A stretch of 64,000 nucleotides of DNA from Lachnospiraceae bacterium (GTDB lineage Bacteria > Bacillota > Clostridia > Lachnospirales > Lachnospiraceae). Positions within the stretch are counted from its first letter, which is position 1, and the number at the start of each line of letters is the position of its first letter. This document shows, one piece after another, positions 17,757 through 27,309 of this stretch. The notes under the pieces were generated by a model. It did no database searches and was not told where the DNA came from. It worked only from the letters and a program-made list of their open reading frames with translations. The position numbers were made by a program, and so were the translations under genes. Location of the stretch: positions 2,822-66,821 of the forward strand of contig JAFZUY010000033.1 of NCBI GenBank assembly GCA_017618075.1, read 5' to 3'.

Positions 17757-19028
17757 ATGCAAAAGAGCGAACTGGTTGAAAATTTAAAAAACGGATCGCT
17801 TGACAATATTCTTGTCGACCTCTACTCGGACGAAACGAAACTTGATTATCAGTGTGCAAGATATATTGCGGCGTGCGAAAAATTTGAACTCTTATTCGGA
17901 GGCGGAGATCTCTCGATTTTCTCCGCTCCCGGAAGAATAGAAATCATCGGAAACAATACCGATCATCAGCACGGAAAAGTTATAGCCGCAGCAGTAAATG
18001 CGGATGTAATAGCTGTTGTAAAAAAGAGCGAAGATGATTTTGTGAGAATGGTTTCGGGAGAAAATCCCGAGATCAAGATTGATATCAATGCGCTTGACAT
18101 AAGCGATGAAGAGCAAAAGAGCACGACTGCCCTCATAAAAGGCATGTTAAACGGCCTAAAAGATATGGGCTATAACTTAGGCGGATTCGCGTCCTACATT
18201 ACTTCGGACATACCGGTAGGCTCGGCATTTGCTTCTTCGGCCGCATTCGAAACTCTCCTCGGGAATATCGTATCGGGACTCTTTAACGATATGAAAATAA
18301 GCCCCAGGGAAATTGCTCAGATCGGACAGTATTCCGAAAACATTTACTTCGGAAAACCTTCGGGCCTGATGGATCAGACGGCGTGTTCGGTCGGCGGATT
18401 TGTATATATTGATTTTTCAAATCCCGCAGATCCCGTAATTGAAAAAATAGATTCCGATTTGTCGGATTATTCGATATGCATCACGGATACAAAGAGCGTG
18501 AGCGGTGACCAGAGTACCGAATATGCTTTGATTGTTTCCGAGATGAAAAGCGTTGCAAATGAGCTTGGCAAAGACTTTTTAAACGATGTAGACAAGGCTG
18601 AGTTTGAAGAAAAGATGCATTCGCTTCGCGAAAAATGTTCGGGTCGTGCGATTTTACGAGCAATGCATTTCTTTGCCGAAAACGAAAGAGTTTCTCAGGT
18701 TTTAAAAGCATTAAAAGATAAAGACACGGATATTTTTATCAAAAACGAAAACGAGTCCGGCAACTCTTCTTTTATGTATCTGCAGAATGTCAGCTCACCG
18801 ATTGAGTATTTAAAGCAGGATTTACCCTTGGCACTGGCGGTAAGCGAAAACATTCTTACAAAAGACGAAGCGTGCAGAATTCACGCGTCCGGATTTTCGG
18901 GTGTAATGGAAGCGTTTGTTAAGAACGAAAATGTCGATAAGTACAAGGCGCGTCTGGAAGAAGTATTTCCCGACTGCCTCTGCAGCGTGGTTAAAATCAG
19001 AAAAGCGGGCGGAATGCGCGTTATCTGA
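17757..19028 (+). CDS. Galactokinase-like GHMP kinase with degenerate motifs
   Basis: SAPGRIEIIGNNTDHQHG, PVGSAFASSAA, FGKPSGLMDQ and RIHASGFSG. Confidence 0.8.
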   Translation: MQKSELVENLKNGSLDNILVDLYSDETKLDYQCARYIAACEKFELLFGGGDLSIFSAPGRIEIIGNNTDHQHGKVIAAAVNADVIAVVKKSEDDFVRMVSGENPEIKIDINALDISDEEQKSTTALIKGMLNGLKDMGYNLGGFASYITSDIPVGSAFASSAAFETLLGNIVSGLFNDMKISPREIAQIGQYSENIYFGKPSGLMDQTACSVGGFVYIDFSNPADPVIEKIDSDLSDYSICITDTKSVSGDQSTEYALIVSEMKSVANELGKDFLNDVDKAEFEEKMHSLREKCSGRAILRAMHFFAENERVSQVLKALKDKDTDIFIKNENESGNSSFMYLQNVSSPIEYLKQDLPLALAVSENILTKDEACRIHASGFSGVMEAFVKNENVDKYKARLEEVFPDCLCSVVKIRKAGGMRVI

Positions 19029-19040
19029 TAAGGAGAATTA

Positions 19041-20198
19041 ATGACAAAATTCCGTAAAAGACTTTTTGAAATTGTACAGATAGGAGCGGCTAAAGATCTC
19101 TTGAGCCGTTCTTTTGATGTGATTATTTCCGTCATAATCGTACTGAATATCGTGGTTACTTTCCTGGCAACATTCAAAGAACTTAACGGAATCATGAATG
19201 TTTTAAAAGGCATTGAACTGGCGACAATCATCTTTTTTACGATTGAATATATTGCCAGACTTATAACCGCGGATTTCTTGTATCCTAACAAGACAAAAGG
19301 AAAAGCCGTACTCGCATTCATATTTTCGTTTTATGGAATCATAGATTTTTTAAGCTGCTTCCCTTATTACATGCCTTTTACGACTCCGACGGGACTTGCG
19401 GTACTGCGTCTTTTCAGAGTGTTCAGAATCTTCAGGCTCTTTAAAATCAATTCGCAGTTTGACGCGTTTAACGTAATAGTGAATGTTTTAAACGAACGTA
19501 AAAAACAGCTTATTTCTTCGGTTGTGCTAATCTTAATGTTGATGCTGTCGGCTTCGATGTTAATGTACGGCGTGGAGCATGAAGCGCAGCCCGAAGTATT
19601 CGAAAATGCGCTCTCGGGCTTCTGGTGGTCGATGGCGACTGTCTTTACGATAGGCTACGGAGACATTTACCCCGTCACGTTTTTGGGAAAATTTTTGGCA
19701 CTGATAATATCATTCTTAGGCGTCGGAATTGTCGCAATACCCACAGGTATTATTTCCGCAGGCTTCGTTGAACAGTTCTCGCAAATTAACAGATTCAAAG
19801 GGCACGGCGGCGGACATGAGCTTGAGTTTATCACGGGCGTATTAAACGAAAGCCACGCCTGGTGCGATAAGGAAATAAAAGATATCGTCATACCGCCGCA
19901 GGCACTGATTGTAGCGGTTGTTCGAAACGGCGAGAATATGACTCCGGCGCAGAATATGGTATTAAAATCCGGTGATACGGTTGTGCTTGCGACGAACAAT
20001 CACAGAGACGACGATATTAACCTAAACGAAATGACGGTGTTTGAGGGCGACAAATGGATAGGCAAGGAAATAAACAATTTAAATCTTGCCGCCACGGAAA
20101 AGATAGTCATGATTAAGCGAGGAAACAAAACCATCATTCCTTCGGGAAATACCGTTATTAAGAAAAACGACGCTCTGGTTATGTACCATATGGATTAG
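19041..20198 (+). CDS. Voltage-gated-type K+ channel with tandem TrkA-C (RCK_C) domains
   Basis: S4-like RLFRVFRIFRLFK, TIGYGD selectivity filter, two C-terminal ..I.RG....P......GD repeats. Confidence 0.88.
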   Translation: MTKFRKRLFEIVQIGAAKDLLSRSFDVIISVIIVLNIVVTFLATFKELNGIMNVLKGIELATIIFFTIEYIARLITADFLYPNKTKGKAVLAFIFSFYGIIDFLSCFPYYMPFTTPTGLAVLRLFRVFRIFRLFKINSQFDAFNVIVNVLNERKKQLISSVVLILMLMLSASMLMYGVEHEAQPEVFENALSGFWWSMATVFTIGYGDIYPVTFLGKFLALIISFLGVGIVAIPTGIISAGFVEQFSQINRFKGHGGGHELEFITGVLNESHAWCDKEIKDIVIPPQALIVAVVRNGENMTPAQNMVLKSGDTVVLATNNHRDDDINLNEMTVFEGDKWIGKEINNLNLAATEKIVMIKRGNKTIIPSGNTVIKKNDALVMYHMD

Positions 20199-20222
20199 CA
20201 AACGAAAAATCATAAAAGAAAT

Positions 20223-20268
20223 AAAAGTGTGGATGTCGGAAAGAAAAGAACGGCATTCACACTTTTTT
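20223..20268 (+). terminator. Intrinsic terminator after the K+ channel gene
   Basis: aaaagtgtggatgtcg..cggcattcacactttttt stem with a T tail. Confidence 0.7.
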
Positions 20269-20313
20269 AGAATCGGTTCTAGAAAAACAATATAATCAAA
20301 TATTGTACTTTGA

Positions 20314-20342
20314 TTGATAAAATACACTATATATGGTAAAAT
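20314..20342 (+). promoter_or_regulatory. Sigma-A promoter of the metB-dapF-murE operon
   Basis: TTGATA, 17 nt, TAAAAT with an extended TG; only about 30 nt before the ATG. Confidence 0.7.
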
Positions 20343-20373
20343 AACCCTGTATATATGATTATAAGGAGGCACT

Positions 20374-21558
20374 ATGGAAAAAGTAGAAAATTATTATGCC
20401 GATTATGATAAAAAAGAGAATCTTTCGTTTGACAGCAAGGTAGTTCACGGAGCACTCGGATGCGACCCAATCAGCGGCGCCGTAAGTTTTCCGATTTTCC
20501 AGTCTGCAACCTTCAGACACAGAGATTTCGGGGTTTCCACGGGATATGATTATTCCAGACTTCAAAACCCCACGAGACAGGAACTTGAACGAACAATGGC
20601 TATCCTCGAGGAAGGCGTTGAAGCATTTGCATTTACTTCCGGTCAGGCAGCCAGCATGTCCGTATTTGATTATTTAAAGCGCGGCGAGCATTGTCTTTTA
20701 TGCGACGATTTGTACGGCGGTACACACAGAATCGTCGAAGATATTTTCAAGGTAAACGGAATCGAGATTTCCTATGTCGATATGTTTGATCTTGAGAATG
20801 TCAAAAAGGCGATTCAGCCTAATACCAAGATGGTATTCCTTGAGACTCCGACCAACCCCATGATGAAGGTGGGCGATATCAAGGGCATCGCGAAGATAGC
20901 ACATGCAGCAGGCGCCCTCTTTGTCGTAGACAACACCTTTATGACACCGTATTTCCAGAGACCTTTAACACTCGGTGCAGATATAGTCGTTCACAGCGGT
21001 ACCAAGTATCTCTGCGGTCACAATGACGTTGTGGCAGGTATGGTAGTAATTAAGGATGAAGCGCTTTCACATCATTTCCACATCCAGTTAAAGAGCCTCG
21101 GCTCGGGCCTCGGACCCATGGACAGCTGGCTTATCATCAGAGGAATCAAAACACTTTCCTTAAGAATGAGAAAACATAACGAAAATGCGAAGATTGTAGC
21201 CGAGTGGTTAAGAAATCATCCCAAGGTAAAGAAAGTTTACTATGTAGGATTTGAAGATCATCCCGGATATGAAATGAACCTCTCGCAGGCTTCGGGCTTC
21301 GGTGGAATGATTTCCTTCGAACTCGACAGCGAGGAGAGCGCAAGAAAGCTTTTATCCAACGTAAAGATGGTTCTCTTTGCGGAAAGCTTAGGCGGAACCG
21401 AAACACTTGTTACATATCCGATTACGCAGACTCACGAGGATGTTCCCGATGACATCAGAAGAGCGCTCGGAATCAACGAAGCATTTATAAGAATCTCTGT
21501 AGGCATCGAAGATCCTCAGGATATCATCGATGACCTCGAACAGGCATTAAACTCATAA
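20374..21558 (+). CDS. metB: Cystathionine gamma-synthase (MetB/MetI-type transsulfuration PLP enzyme)
   Basis: YDYSRLQNPTR, ETPTNP, DNTF, SGTKYLCGHND (PLP Lys) and FAESLGG..TYP.TQTH. Confidence 0.85.
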   Translation: MEKVENYYADYDKKENLSFDSKVVHGALGCDPISGAVSFPIFQSATFRHRDFGVSTGYDYSRLQNPTRQELERTMAILEEGVEAFAFTSGQAASMSVFDYLKRGEHCLLCDDLYGGTHRIVEDIFKVNGIEISYVDMFDLENVKKAIQPNTKMVFLETPTNPMMKVGDIKGIAKIAHAAGALFVVDNTFMTPYFQRPLTLGADIVVHSGTKYLCGHNDVVAGMVVIKDEALSHHFHIQLKSLGSGLGPMDSWLIIRGIKTLSLRMRKHNENAKIVAEWLRNHPKVKKVYYVGFEDHPGYEMNLSQASGFGGMISFELDSEESARKLLSNVKMVLFAESLGGTETLVTYPITQTHEDVPDDIRRALGINEAFIRISVGIEDPQDIIDDLEQALNS

Positions 21559-21579
21559 AAGAAAAGAGCAAGGTATAAT

Positions 21580-22434
21580 ATGAAAATACCGTTTACAAAA
21601 ATGGAGGCATACGGCAACGATTACGTATATGTAAACGTGGCCGGACTGCCGGATATGAACTGGAATGAAGTGGCGATTCAGATTTCTGATCGCCATTTTG
21701 GCGTTGGTGGGGACGGACTTGTGCTTGTATGTCCGTCAGATAAAGCCGACTTTAGGATGCGCATATTCGATCCCGACGGAACCGAAGCGGAGATGTGCGG
21801 AAATGCCGTAAGAAGCGTGGCAATGTTTGCGTATTACCACAAGCTTACGGATAAAACCGAAATAAAAATCGAGACCCTCGGCGGTATCAAAAATCTCTAT
21901 TTAACCGTGGAAGACGGAGAGGTTAAGAATATCGAAGCGGAAATCGGAGAGCCGATATTTAATCCCGCGGCCATTCCCGTGGACTTTGAAAAAGAAGAAT
22001 TCTTTAACGAGAGCGTTAAGGTAAATGCGGGTGGCAGAATAATGAATGTCAGGATGTCCTCTCTTTCATGGGGCAATCCGCATACCGTGATTTTTACGGA
22101 CGATCTTGAAAACTTAGACATCGAGACTATCGGACCCGCGATAGAGACACATCCTCTTTTTACGAAGAGAACCAACGTGACTTTTGCGCGTGTCGTTGAC
22201 AGAAAGAACATTCAGATTCGTGAATGGGAGAGAGGCTGCGGCGAGACGATAGGCTGTGGCACCGGCTGTTGTACGGCACTTGTGTTTGCGAACAGATTAG
22301 GGCTTTGCGACAAGGAAGCTACAGTAATGCAGATAGGCGGACCGCTTGAAGTAAAATGGGACGAAAAAGGACTGGTTCACATGAAAGGTCCGAGTCACGT
22401 AGTTTTTGAAGGGGAATATACTTATGAAAATTGA
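21580..22434 (+). CDS. dapF: Diaminopimelate epimerase family protein (divergent)
   Basis: GNDY, EMCGN, GNPH and ERG.GET.GCGTG with both catalytic Cys; several flanking residues are atypical. Confidence 0.9.
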   Translation: MKIPFTKMEAYGNDYVYVNVAGLPDMNWNEVAIQISDRHFGVGGDGLVLVCPSDKADFRMRIFDPDGTEAEMCGNAVRSVAMFAYYHKLTDKTEIKIETLGGIKNLYLTVEDGEVKNIEAEIGEPIFNPAAIPVDFEKEEFFNESVKVNAGGRIMNVRMSSLSWGNPHTVIFTDDLENLDIETIGPAIETHPLFTKRTNVTFARVVDRKNIQIREWERGCGETIGCGTGCCTALVFANRLGLCDKEATVMQIGGPLEVKWDEKGLVHMKGPSHVVFEGEYTYEN

Positions 22435-23884
22435 GAAACTGATGGAAGGAATTCTTTATGAAGTCCTCTCCGGAACACTTGATAAAGAAATAAAAGATGT
22501 CGTTTACGATTCAAGAAAAGTTACGGACGGCAGTGCATTTGTATGCCTCACAGGTTTTAATACCGACGGACATGCATATATCGATTCTGCGATTGAAAAG
22601 GGTGCGACTCTTTTAGTAGTTGAAAAAGATGTTGATGTAAAAAAAGATGGTGTTACCGTTTTAAAGGTTGTTAATTCAAGAGTTGCATTATCTAAAATTG
22701 CGGCAAACTATTTTGACAATCCCGCAGATAAGCTTGTCATCGTAGGCGTAACCGGAACCAAGGGCAAAACCACAACCACACATATGTGCAAGAGCATTAT
22801 GGAAGTATCCGGCGTTAAGGTCGGAATGATCGGAACCATAGGCGCATATGTAGGTAACGAATATATCGAGACCAAGAACACCACACCCGAATCCTTTGAG
22901 ATACAGGGACTCTTTAAAAAGATGGCTGATGCAGGCTGCAAGGTTGTCTTCATGGAGGTTTCTTCACAGGCGGTTAAGCTTGACAGAATTGCAGGCATTC
23001 ACTTTGCAATCGGTGCATTTACCAATCTTTCTCCCGACCATATCGGACCCGGCGAGCATGAAGATTTCGAAGAATACAAAAACTGCAAAAAGGCATTCTT
23101 TAAGCAGGTTGAAACCGCAGTCATCAACGTGGATGACGAATACGGTTTAGAGATGGCAGAATATGCTCCGAACTTAAGAACCGTTTCCGTAAAAGGCGAA
23201 GCATATCTTTACGCAACCGACATTAAGAACACCTGGGAAGACGATATTATCGGAGTTTCCTTCCTGATGCATGGCGATGTAAATAAAGACATCACAATCG
23301 GCATTCCCGGCATCCACAATGTCGACAACGCACTTATTGCGGCTGAGGTTACGCACTTGCTCGGAGCGGACGACAGCGATATCGTTAACGGCCTTATCAA
23401 CATTCACATAAAGGGCAGAACACAGCTCGTAAAAGAAGCGCTGCCTAAAGGCACATTTATCATTGACTACGCACACAATGCGATTTCAACGGAGAGCGTT
23501 CTGTCTACCCTTCGTGCCTACAATCCGAAGAAGCTCACAGTTCTTTTCGGAGGCGGCGGAAACAAGCCCGTGGCAAGACGTCACGATATGGGTGAAGCGG
23601 CATCAAGATTTGCGGATTACATCATCCTTACCGAGGACAATCCGAGATTTGAAGAGATTGACGATATCAACAAATCAATCATCGAGGGCATAAAAGAGCA
23701 TGACTGCCCTTATGAAGTAATCTATGACCGCAAGGAAGCGATTGAACATCTTTTGGATATCTCAAAGCCCGGCGAAATCGTTGCGCTAATCGGTAAGGGT
23801 CACGAGACCTATCAGGAAGTGAAGGGTGTAAAGAGACACTTTTCCGAAGAAGAAGTTATCAAAGAATATATGAAAAACCATTAA
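22424..23884 (+). CDS. murE: UDP-MurNAc-dipeptide:diamino acid ligase
   Basis: GVTGTKGKTTT, NTTPES, MEVSSQ, DYAHN, DNPR and GKGHETYQ; overlaps dapF by 11 nt. Confidence 0.93.
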   Translation: MKIEKLMEGILYEVLSGTLDKEIKDVVYDSRKVTDGSAFVCLTGFNTDGHAYIDSAIEKGATLLVVEKDVDVKKDGVTVLKVVNSRVALSKIAANYFDNPADKLVIVGVTGTKGKTTTTHMCKSIMEVSGVKVGMIGTIGAYVGNEYIETKNTTPESFEIQGLFKKMADAGCKVVFMEVSSQAVKLDRIAGIHFAIGAFTNLSPDHIGPGEHEDFEEYKNCKKAFFKQVETAVINVDDEYGLEMAEYAPNLRTVSVKGEAYLYATDIKNTWEDDIIGVSFLMHGDVNKDITIGIPGIHNVDNALIAAEVTHLLGADDSDIVNGLINIHIKGRTQLVKEALPKGTFIIDYAHNAISTESVLSTLRAYNPKKLTVLFGGGGNKPVARRHDMGEAASRFADYIILTEDNPRFEEIDDINKSIIEGIKEHDCPYEVIYDRKEAIEHLLDISKPGEIVALIGKGHETYQEVKGVKRHFSEEEVIKEYMKNH

Positions 23885-23894
23885 GGAAAAATCA

Positions 23895-24749
23895 GTGAAA
23901 AAGAAAAAAACGGTATCTTTAATTTCATTTATTGTTTTTGTTCTGCTTTTTGCAGTATTGGCTGTTTTTGTGATTCCAAGAAAGATATATTCTTTCCCCT
24001 TAAACGAAAACAAGCTTAATATTGTGATTGTCGGAGACAGTTTATTCTGCAATAAATCCGGCGAAAAGAACCTGGCAGAGATACTGGAGAGCAAGCTTGA
24101 CTGTGAAATGTTAAACTGCTCTCTCGGCGGAACCTGTGCTTCAAAATTAAACGACGGCGGCGAGCCGGATTACTATTCCGACAAGCTTTGTTTTTACAAT
24201 ATTTCGAATATTATCTGCACCGGCAACAAAGCCTCCGTATTGGATAATGTGAGAAGACTTTCGGTATCCGTTAACGATGCTTTACCAAAGATAAAGCTTT
24301 TGGCAGGAACGAATTATGACAAAGAGGATATACTGATTGTCAATTACGGAGTCAATGATGCATTCTTAAGAGTGCCTGCGGTTTCGAATGACAAACATGA
24401 CGAATTCACATATGCCGGCGCCGTAAGATGCGGCCTTGAAAGAATCATTCACGAATATCCCGATTTAAAGATTATTCTTCCCGAAGTTACATATGCGACA
24501 TTTGTTTACTACGGCGAGAACGACGAATACTACGATGAAGTAACCGCAGAATACAGAGCAGCATATAATGCTGAGCTTATGAAAATAGCCGACGAATACG
24601 AAAACGTATACTACTTTGATTTCAGCGACAGCCTAGACATAAATAATGATAATTATGAGCAGTACATGAGCGACGGAATTCATTTAAACGATGAGGGAAA
24701 GGAAGTTTATGCTTCCGCACTTGCTGATTTTATCGGAGAAATTAACTGA
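23895..24749 (+). CDS. Membrane-anchored SGNH/GDSL hydrolase
   Basis: N-terminal TM; GDS, GG, YGVND and DGIH blocks intact. Confidence 0.85.
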   Translation: MKKKKTVSLISFIVFVLLFAVLAVFVIPRKIYSFPLNENKLNIVIVGDSLFCNKSGEKNLAEILESKLDCEMLNCSLGGTCASKLNDGGEPDYYSDKLCFYNISNIICTGNKASVLDNVRRLSVSVNDALPKIKLLAGTNYDKEDILIVNYGVNDAFLRVPAVSNDKHDEFTYAGAVRCGLERIIHEYPDLKIILPEVTYATFVYYGENDEYYDEVTAEYRAAYNAELMKIADEYENVYYFDFSDSLDINNDNYEQYMSDGIHLNDEGKEVYASALADFIGEIN

Positions 24750-26083
24750 TGGAAAAGAAGATCAAAATCAAAAACTTTTTAGAATATTTAAATACCGCAG
24801 GCATTGCGGCTTTTAGTGCGCTTACACTCGTTCAGACTGTTTTTGCGGTTTCCTGGCTCGCTAAAAATATCTTTGCCCCCAAGAACGGAAAGGAATTTTA
24901 TTTCCACTATAAGGAAACAGGAAGCTTCGTTCTTATGGCAGCGGTGGTTTTCATTCTTACCATGACCATAGTTAAAAAGGTTGTGGGAAGCAAGGCAAAG
25001 TTCTTCTGTTACGGAACAATTGTTTTATACGTAATGACGCTTCCTACGGTTTTAAGCGTCAACTTCAATGCAACACTTTATGCGATTTGCATATCGCTTC
25101 TTATGCTCTTAATATTCTTTGCATTAAGGTACTTTTACGGTGATCATACCAGAAGGCTCTGGTGCCTTATCGGTATATTTGCACTCCTTGTGGTTTTATC
25201 CTACTTAAACAGAGGCGCGTTCTGGATTGGTGTATTCATTACCTTTTTGTTCCTTACGATTACGCTTATCAGAAACATCGGAATTAAGGGCAGAAACATG
25301 GCAGACAAGTCATGGAGAAATACTCTTCTTCTTTTCTGCATACTTGTGATAATAATGCTGATGCCTCAGTATTTTACATATAACAATATCAACCATACGC
25401 TTTATCATCAGCCTACGAAAGAGCAGATTGCGGCAAGAGTGATTATTCCTTACCTTGATTACGAAAAGGATGAAACGAAAGAAGAGTATCTTTTAGGAGT
25501 AATAAGAAATGCCGATTACGATTCGGGCCATTCTTACAGAAACTTCAAGAGGATTATCCACAGATATGAAGAAGACAATCTCGATATGGATGTCATATGG
25601 AAGAATCTTTACACAAACGCGTATTACAGATACAAAAAGACAATTGCCAAGAGATATATAAGAGATGTGGTAAGAGGGCTTTTCGCACCGCTTTTAGTGG
25701 AGAGTGAAATGAAGTCTGAAACCCTGGTTACACATCACGGTTACTACTATGCGGCGTTTGAAGAAAACTGTCCCAAACTCGCGGATACGTATTTCGGCTT
25801 CGGACTGAAGTGCCTTTTTGTAACAGCACTTATTATTTTAGGTCAGGCCCTTGTAATGGCGGTTATCAGAATGTCCGCGTTTAAACAGCAATTAAAGCCC
25901 GAAGAAGGCAAGCATAAAAAAATAGAGGCAGTAGTTTTGGTACTCTGCCTCGGTATTTCATGGACCGTCGTACAGACACTTTTCGCATTGGAAGGAACTT
26001 CCTTTGTATCGAGCATCGGTTCGACAATAGTCTGGATTTTGCTTTCTTCTTTTACGTGGTTTGAAAACAAAGAGAATAACTAA
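24749..26083 (+). CDS. Multi-pass membrane protein, unknown function
   Basis: About 9-10 hydrophobic segments plus one large loop; TGATG coupling to the SGNH gene. Confidence 0.75.
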   Translation: MEKKIKIKNFLEYLNTAGIAAFSALTLVQTVFAVSWLAKNIFAPKNGKEFYFHYKETGSFVLMAAVVFILTMTIVKKVVGSKAKFFCYGTIVLYVMTLPTVLSVNFNATLYAICISLLMLLIFFALRYFYGDHTRRLWCLIGIFALLVVLSYLNRGAFWIGVFITFLFLTITLIRNIGIKGRNMADKSWRNTLLLFCILVIIMLMPQYFTYNNINHTLYHQPTKEQIAARVIIPYLDYEKDETKEEYLLGVIRNADYDSGHSYRNFKRIIHRYEEDNLDMDVIWKNLYTNAYYRYKKTIAKRYIRDVVRGLFAPLLVESEMKSETLVTHHGYYYAAFEENCPKLADTYFGFGLKCLFVTALIILGQALVMAVIRMSAFKQQLKPEEGKHKKIEAVVLVLCLGISWTVVQTLFALEGTSFVSSIGSTIVWILLSSFTWFENKENN

Positions 26084-27153
26084 AGTCTTTCCTTTAAAAG
26101 ATATACGAGACGGTCCGTAATCATTTTACGGGCCTTTTCGTTTGGCGTAATTCCGTCTTTCTCCAGATAGTGATTTCCGTTATCTTCATTTATCAGAACG
26201 CCGTTGTAAATATCTACGTATGATACCGGATAGTAATTGCTGATGGTATATCTTGCGGTGTAAATATATTCTCCGATTGTTCCGTAGCCTGTATCATATT
26301 TTGCACTCGAAACCTTCTTGCCGTTTTCGTTTTCTGCATAGCAGAAGGCAGGAGATACAAATACAAATTGTATATTCGGATTGATATCGTTTACGAAGTT
26401 ACACAAAACATAGATAGCGCCGAGCGTAGTTGCAACGTTCTCGGTCTGTGCGTCATCCGGATTGTCTATATTGTAATTGATCGGTTTCTTTCCGTACAGA
26501 TAATCGTGACCGTCATAGCAGAGCATGATTACATCGATGTTTTCATAGTTTATGCCATCAAGTATGGTGATTACTTCTTTGTATCTGTCAATGTCATACT
26601 TGGATGAATCAAGGTAATTAAGAGCTGTGTTCTGTTTGGAAAAATCTTTGGTATATGAACTGAACATGAGCCAGAACAAAGTAAAGTAATCATCGGGACA
26701 CTCTTCCGGAGATGCTTCCGTTTCGTTAAAACTGGTCAGATAGGTACCGGGAAGGCAGCAGTCATAGATTTTGACTTTGTCGCTTTCAACTTCCTTCCTG
26801 AAACCATCCATGATGCTCTCGCCTTTTTTGCTTCCCTCATAAAAAGAATCGTTTCCGAAAACAAGGACCTCGGTTACACCGTCATAAGTTTCTGTATTAA
26901 TCTGTTCGGAAGGCCAAAGAAGAATATTGTCGACGGTATCGAGTTTGATACGTTCATAGTCTTCAGCGGTCATAGTGTATTCAACGCCCTTATCCCATAT
27001 AATGATACGAAGGACTATGGAAATCACTGCAATCACAAGAATAAGACCCAGACTCCAGCCGATAATACGGGGGTAGTTGGGGACTCTTCTTTTTTTATGA
27101 GAACCGCCTTTGGCACCTGACGGTCTTTTATGATTTGATCTATTATTCTGCAT
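26080..27153 (-). CDS. Membrane-anchored SGNH-fold protein with degenerate catalytic motifs
   Basis: Basic N-tail plus TM; VFGNDS in place of GDS and DGITPN in place of DGxHP. ATG 27153 with GGAG RBS. Confidence 0.7.
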   Translation of the reverse strand: MQNNRSNHKRPSGAKGGSHKKRRVPNYPRIIGWSLGLILVIAVISIVLRIIIWDKGVEYTMTAEDYERIKLDTVDNILLWPSEQINTETYDGVTEVLVFGNDSFYEGSKKGESIMDGFRKEVESDKVKIYDCCLPGTYLTSFNETEASPEECPDDYFTLFWLMFSSYTKDFSKQNTALNYLDSSKYDIDRYKEVITILDGINYENIDVIMLCYDGHDYLYGKKPINYNIDNPDDAQTENVATTLGAIYVLCNFVNDINPNIQFVFVSPAFCYAENENGKKVSSAKYDTGYGTIGEYIYTARYTISNYYPVSYVDIYNGVLINEDNGNHYLEKDGITPNEKARKMITDRLVYLLKERL

Positions 27154-27248
27154 TTTTATCTCCGTTTTAAATCTGTAAGCCACGTCAATTAAGGTTACAC
27201 ACTATATTACATTATATTGTGGATAATTGCAAACAAACGGCGTATATA

Positions 27249-27277
27249 TTGAATAATAGGGCAAATTATGGTATTAT
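27249..27277 (+). promoter_or_regulatory. Sigma-A promoter of the GH25 gene
   Basis: TTGAAT, 17 nt, TATTAT with an extended TG. Confidence 0.65.
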
Positions 27278-27309
27278 TAACTTTGTATGGGGTCTTTTAG
27301 AGGTGAGAC

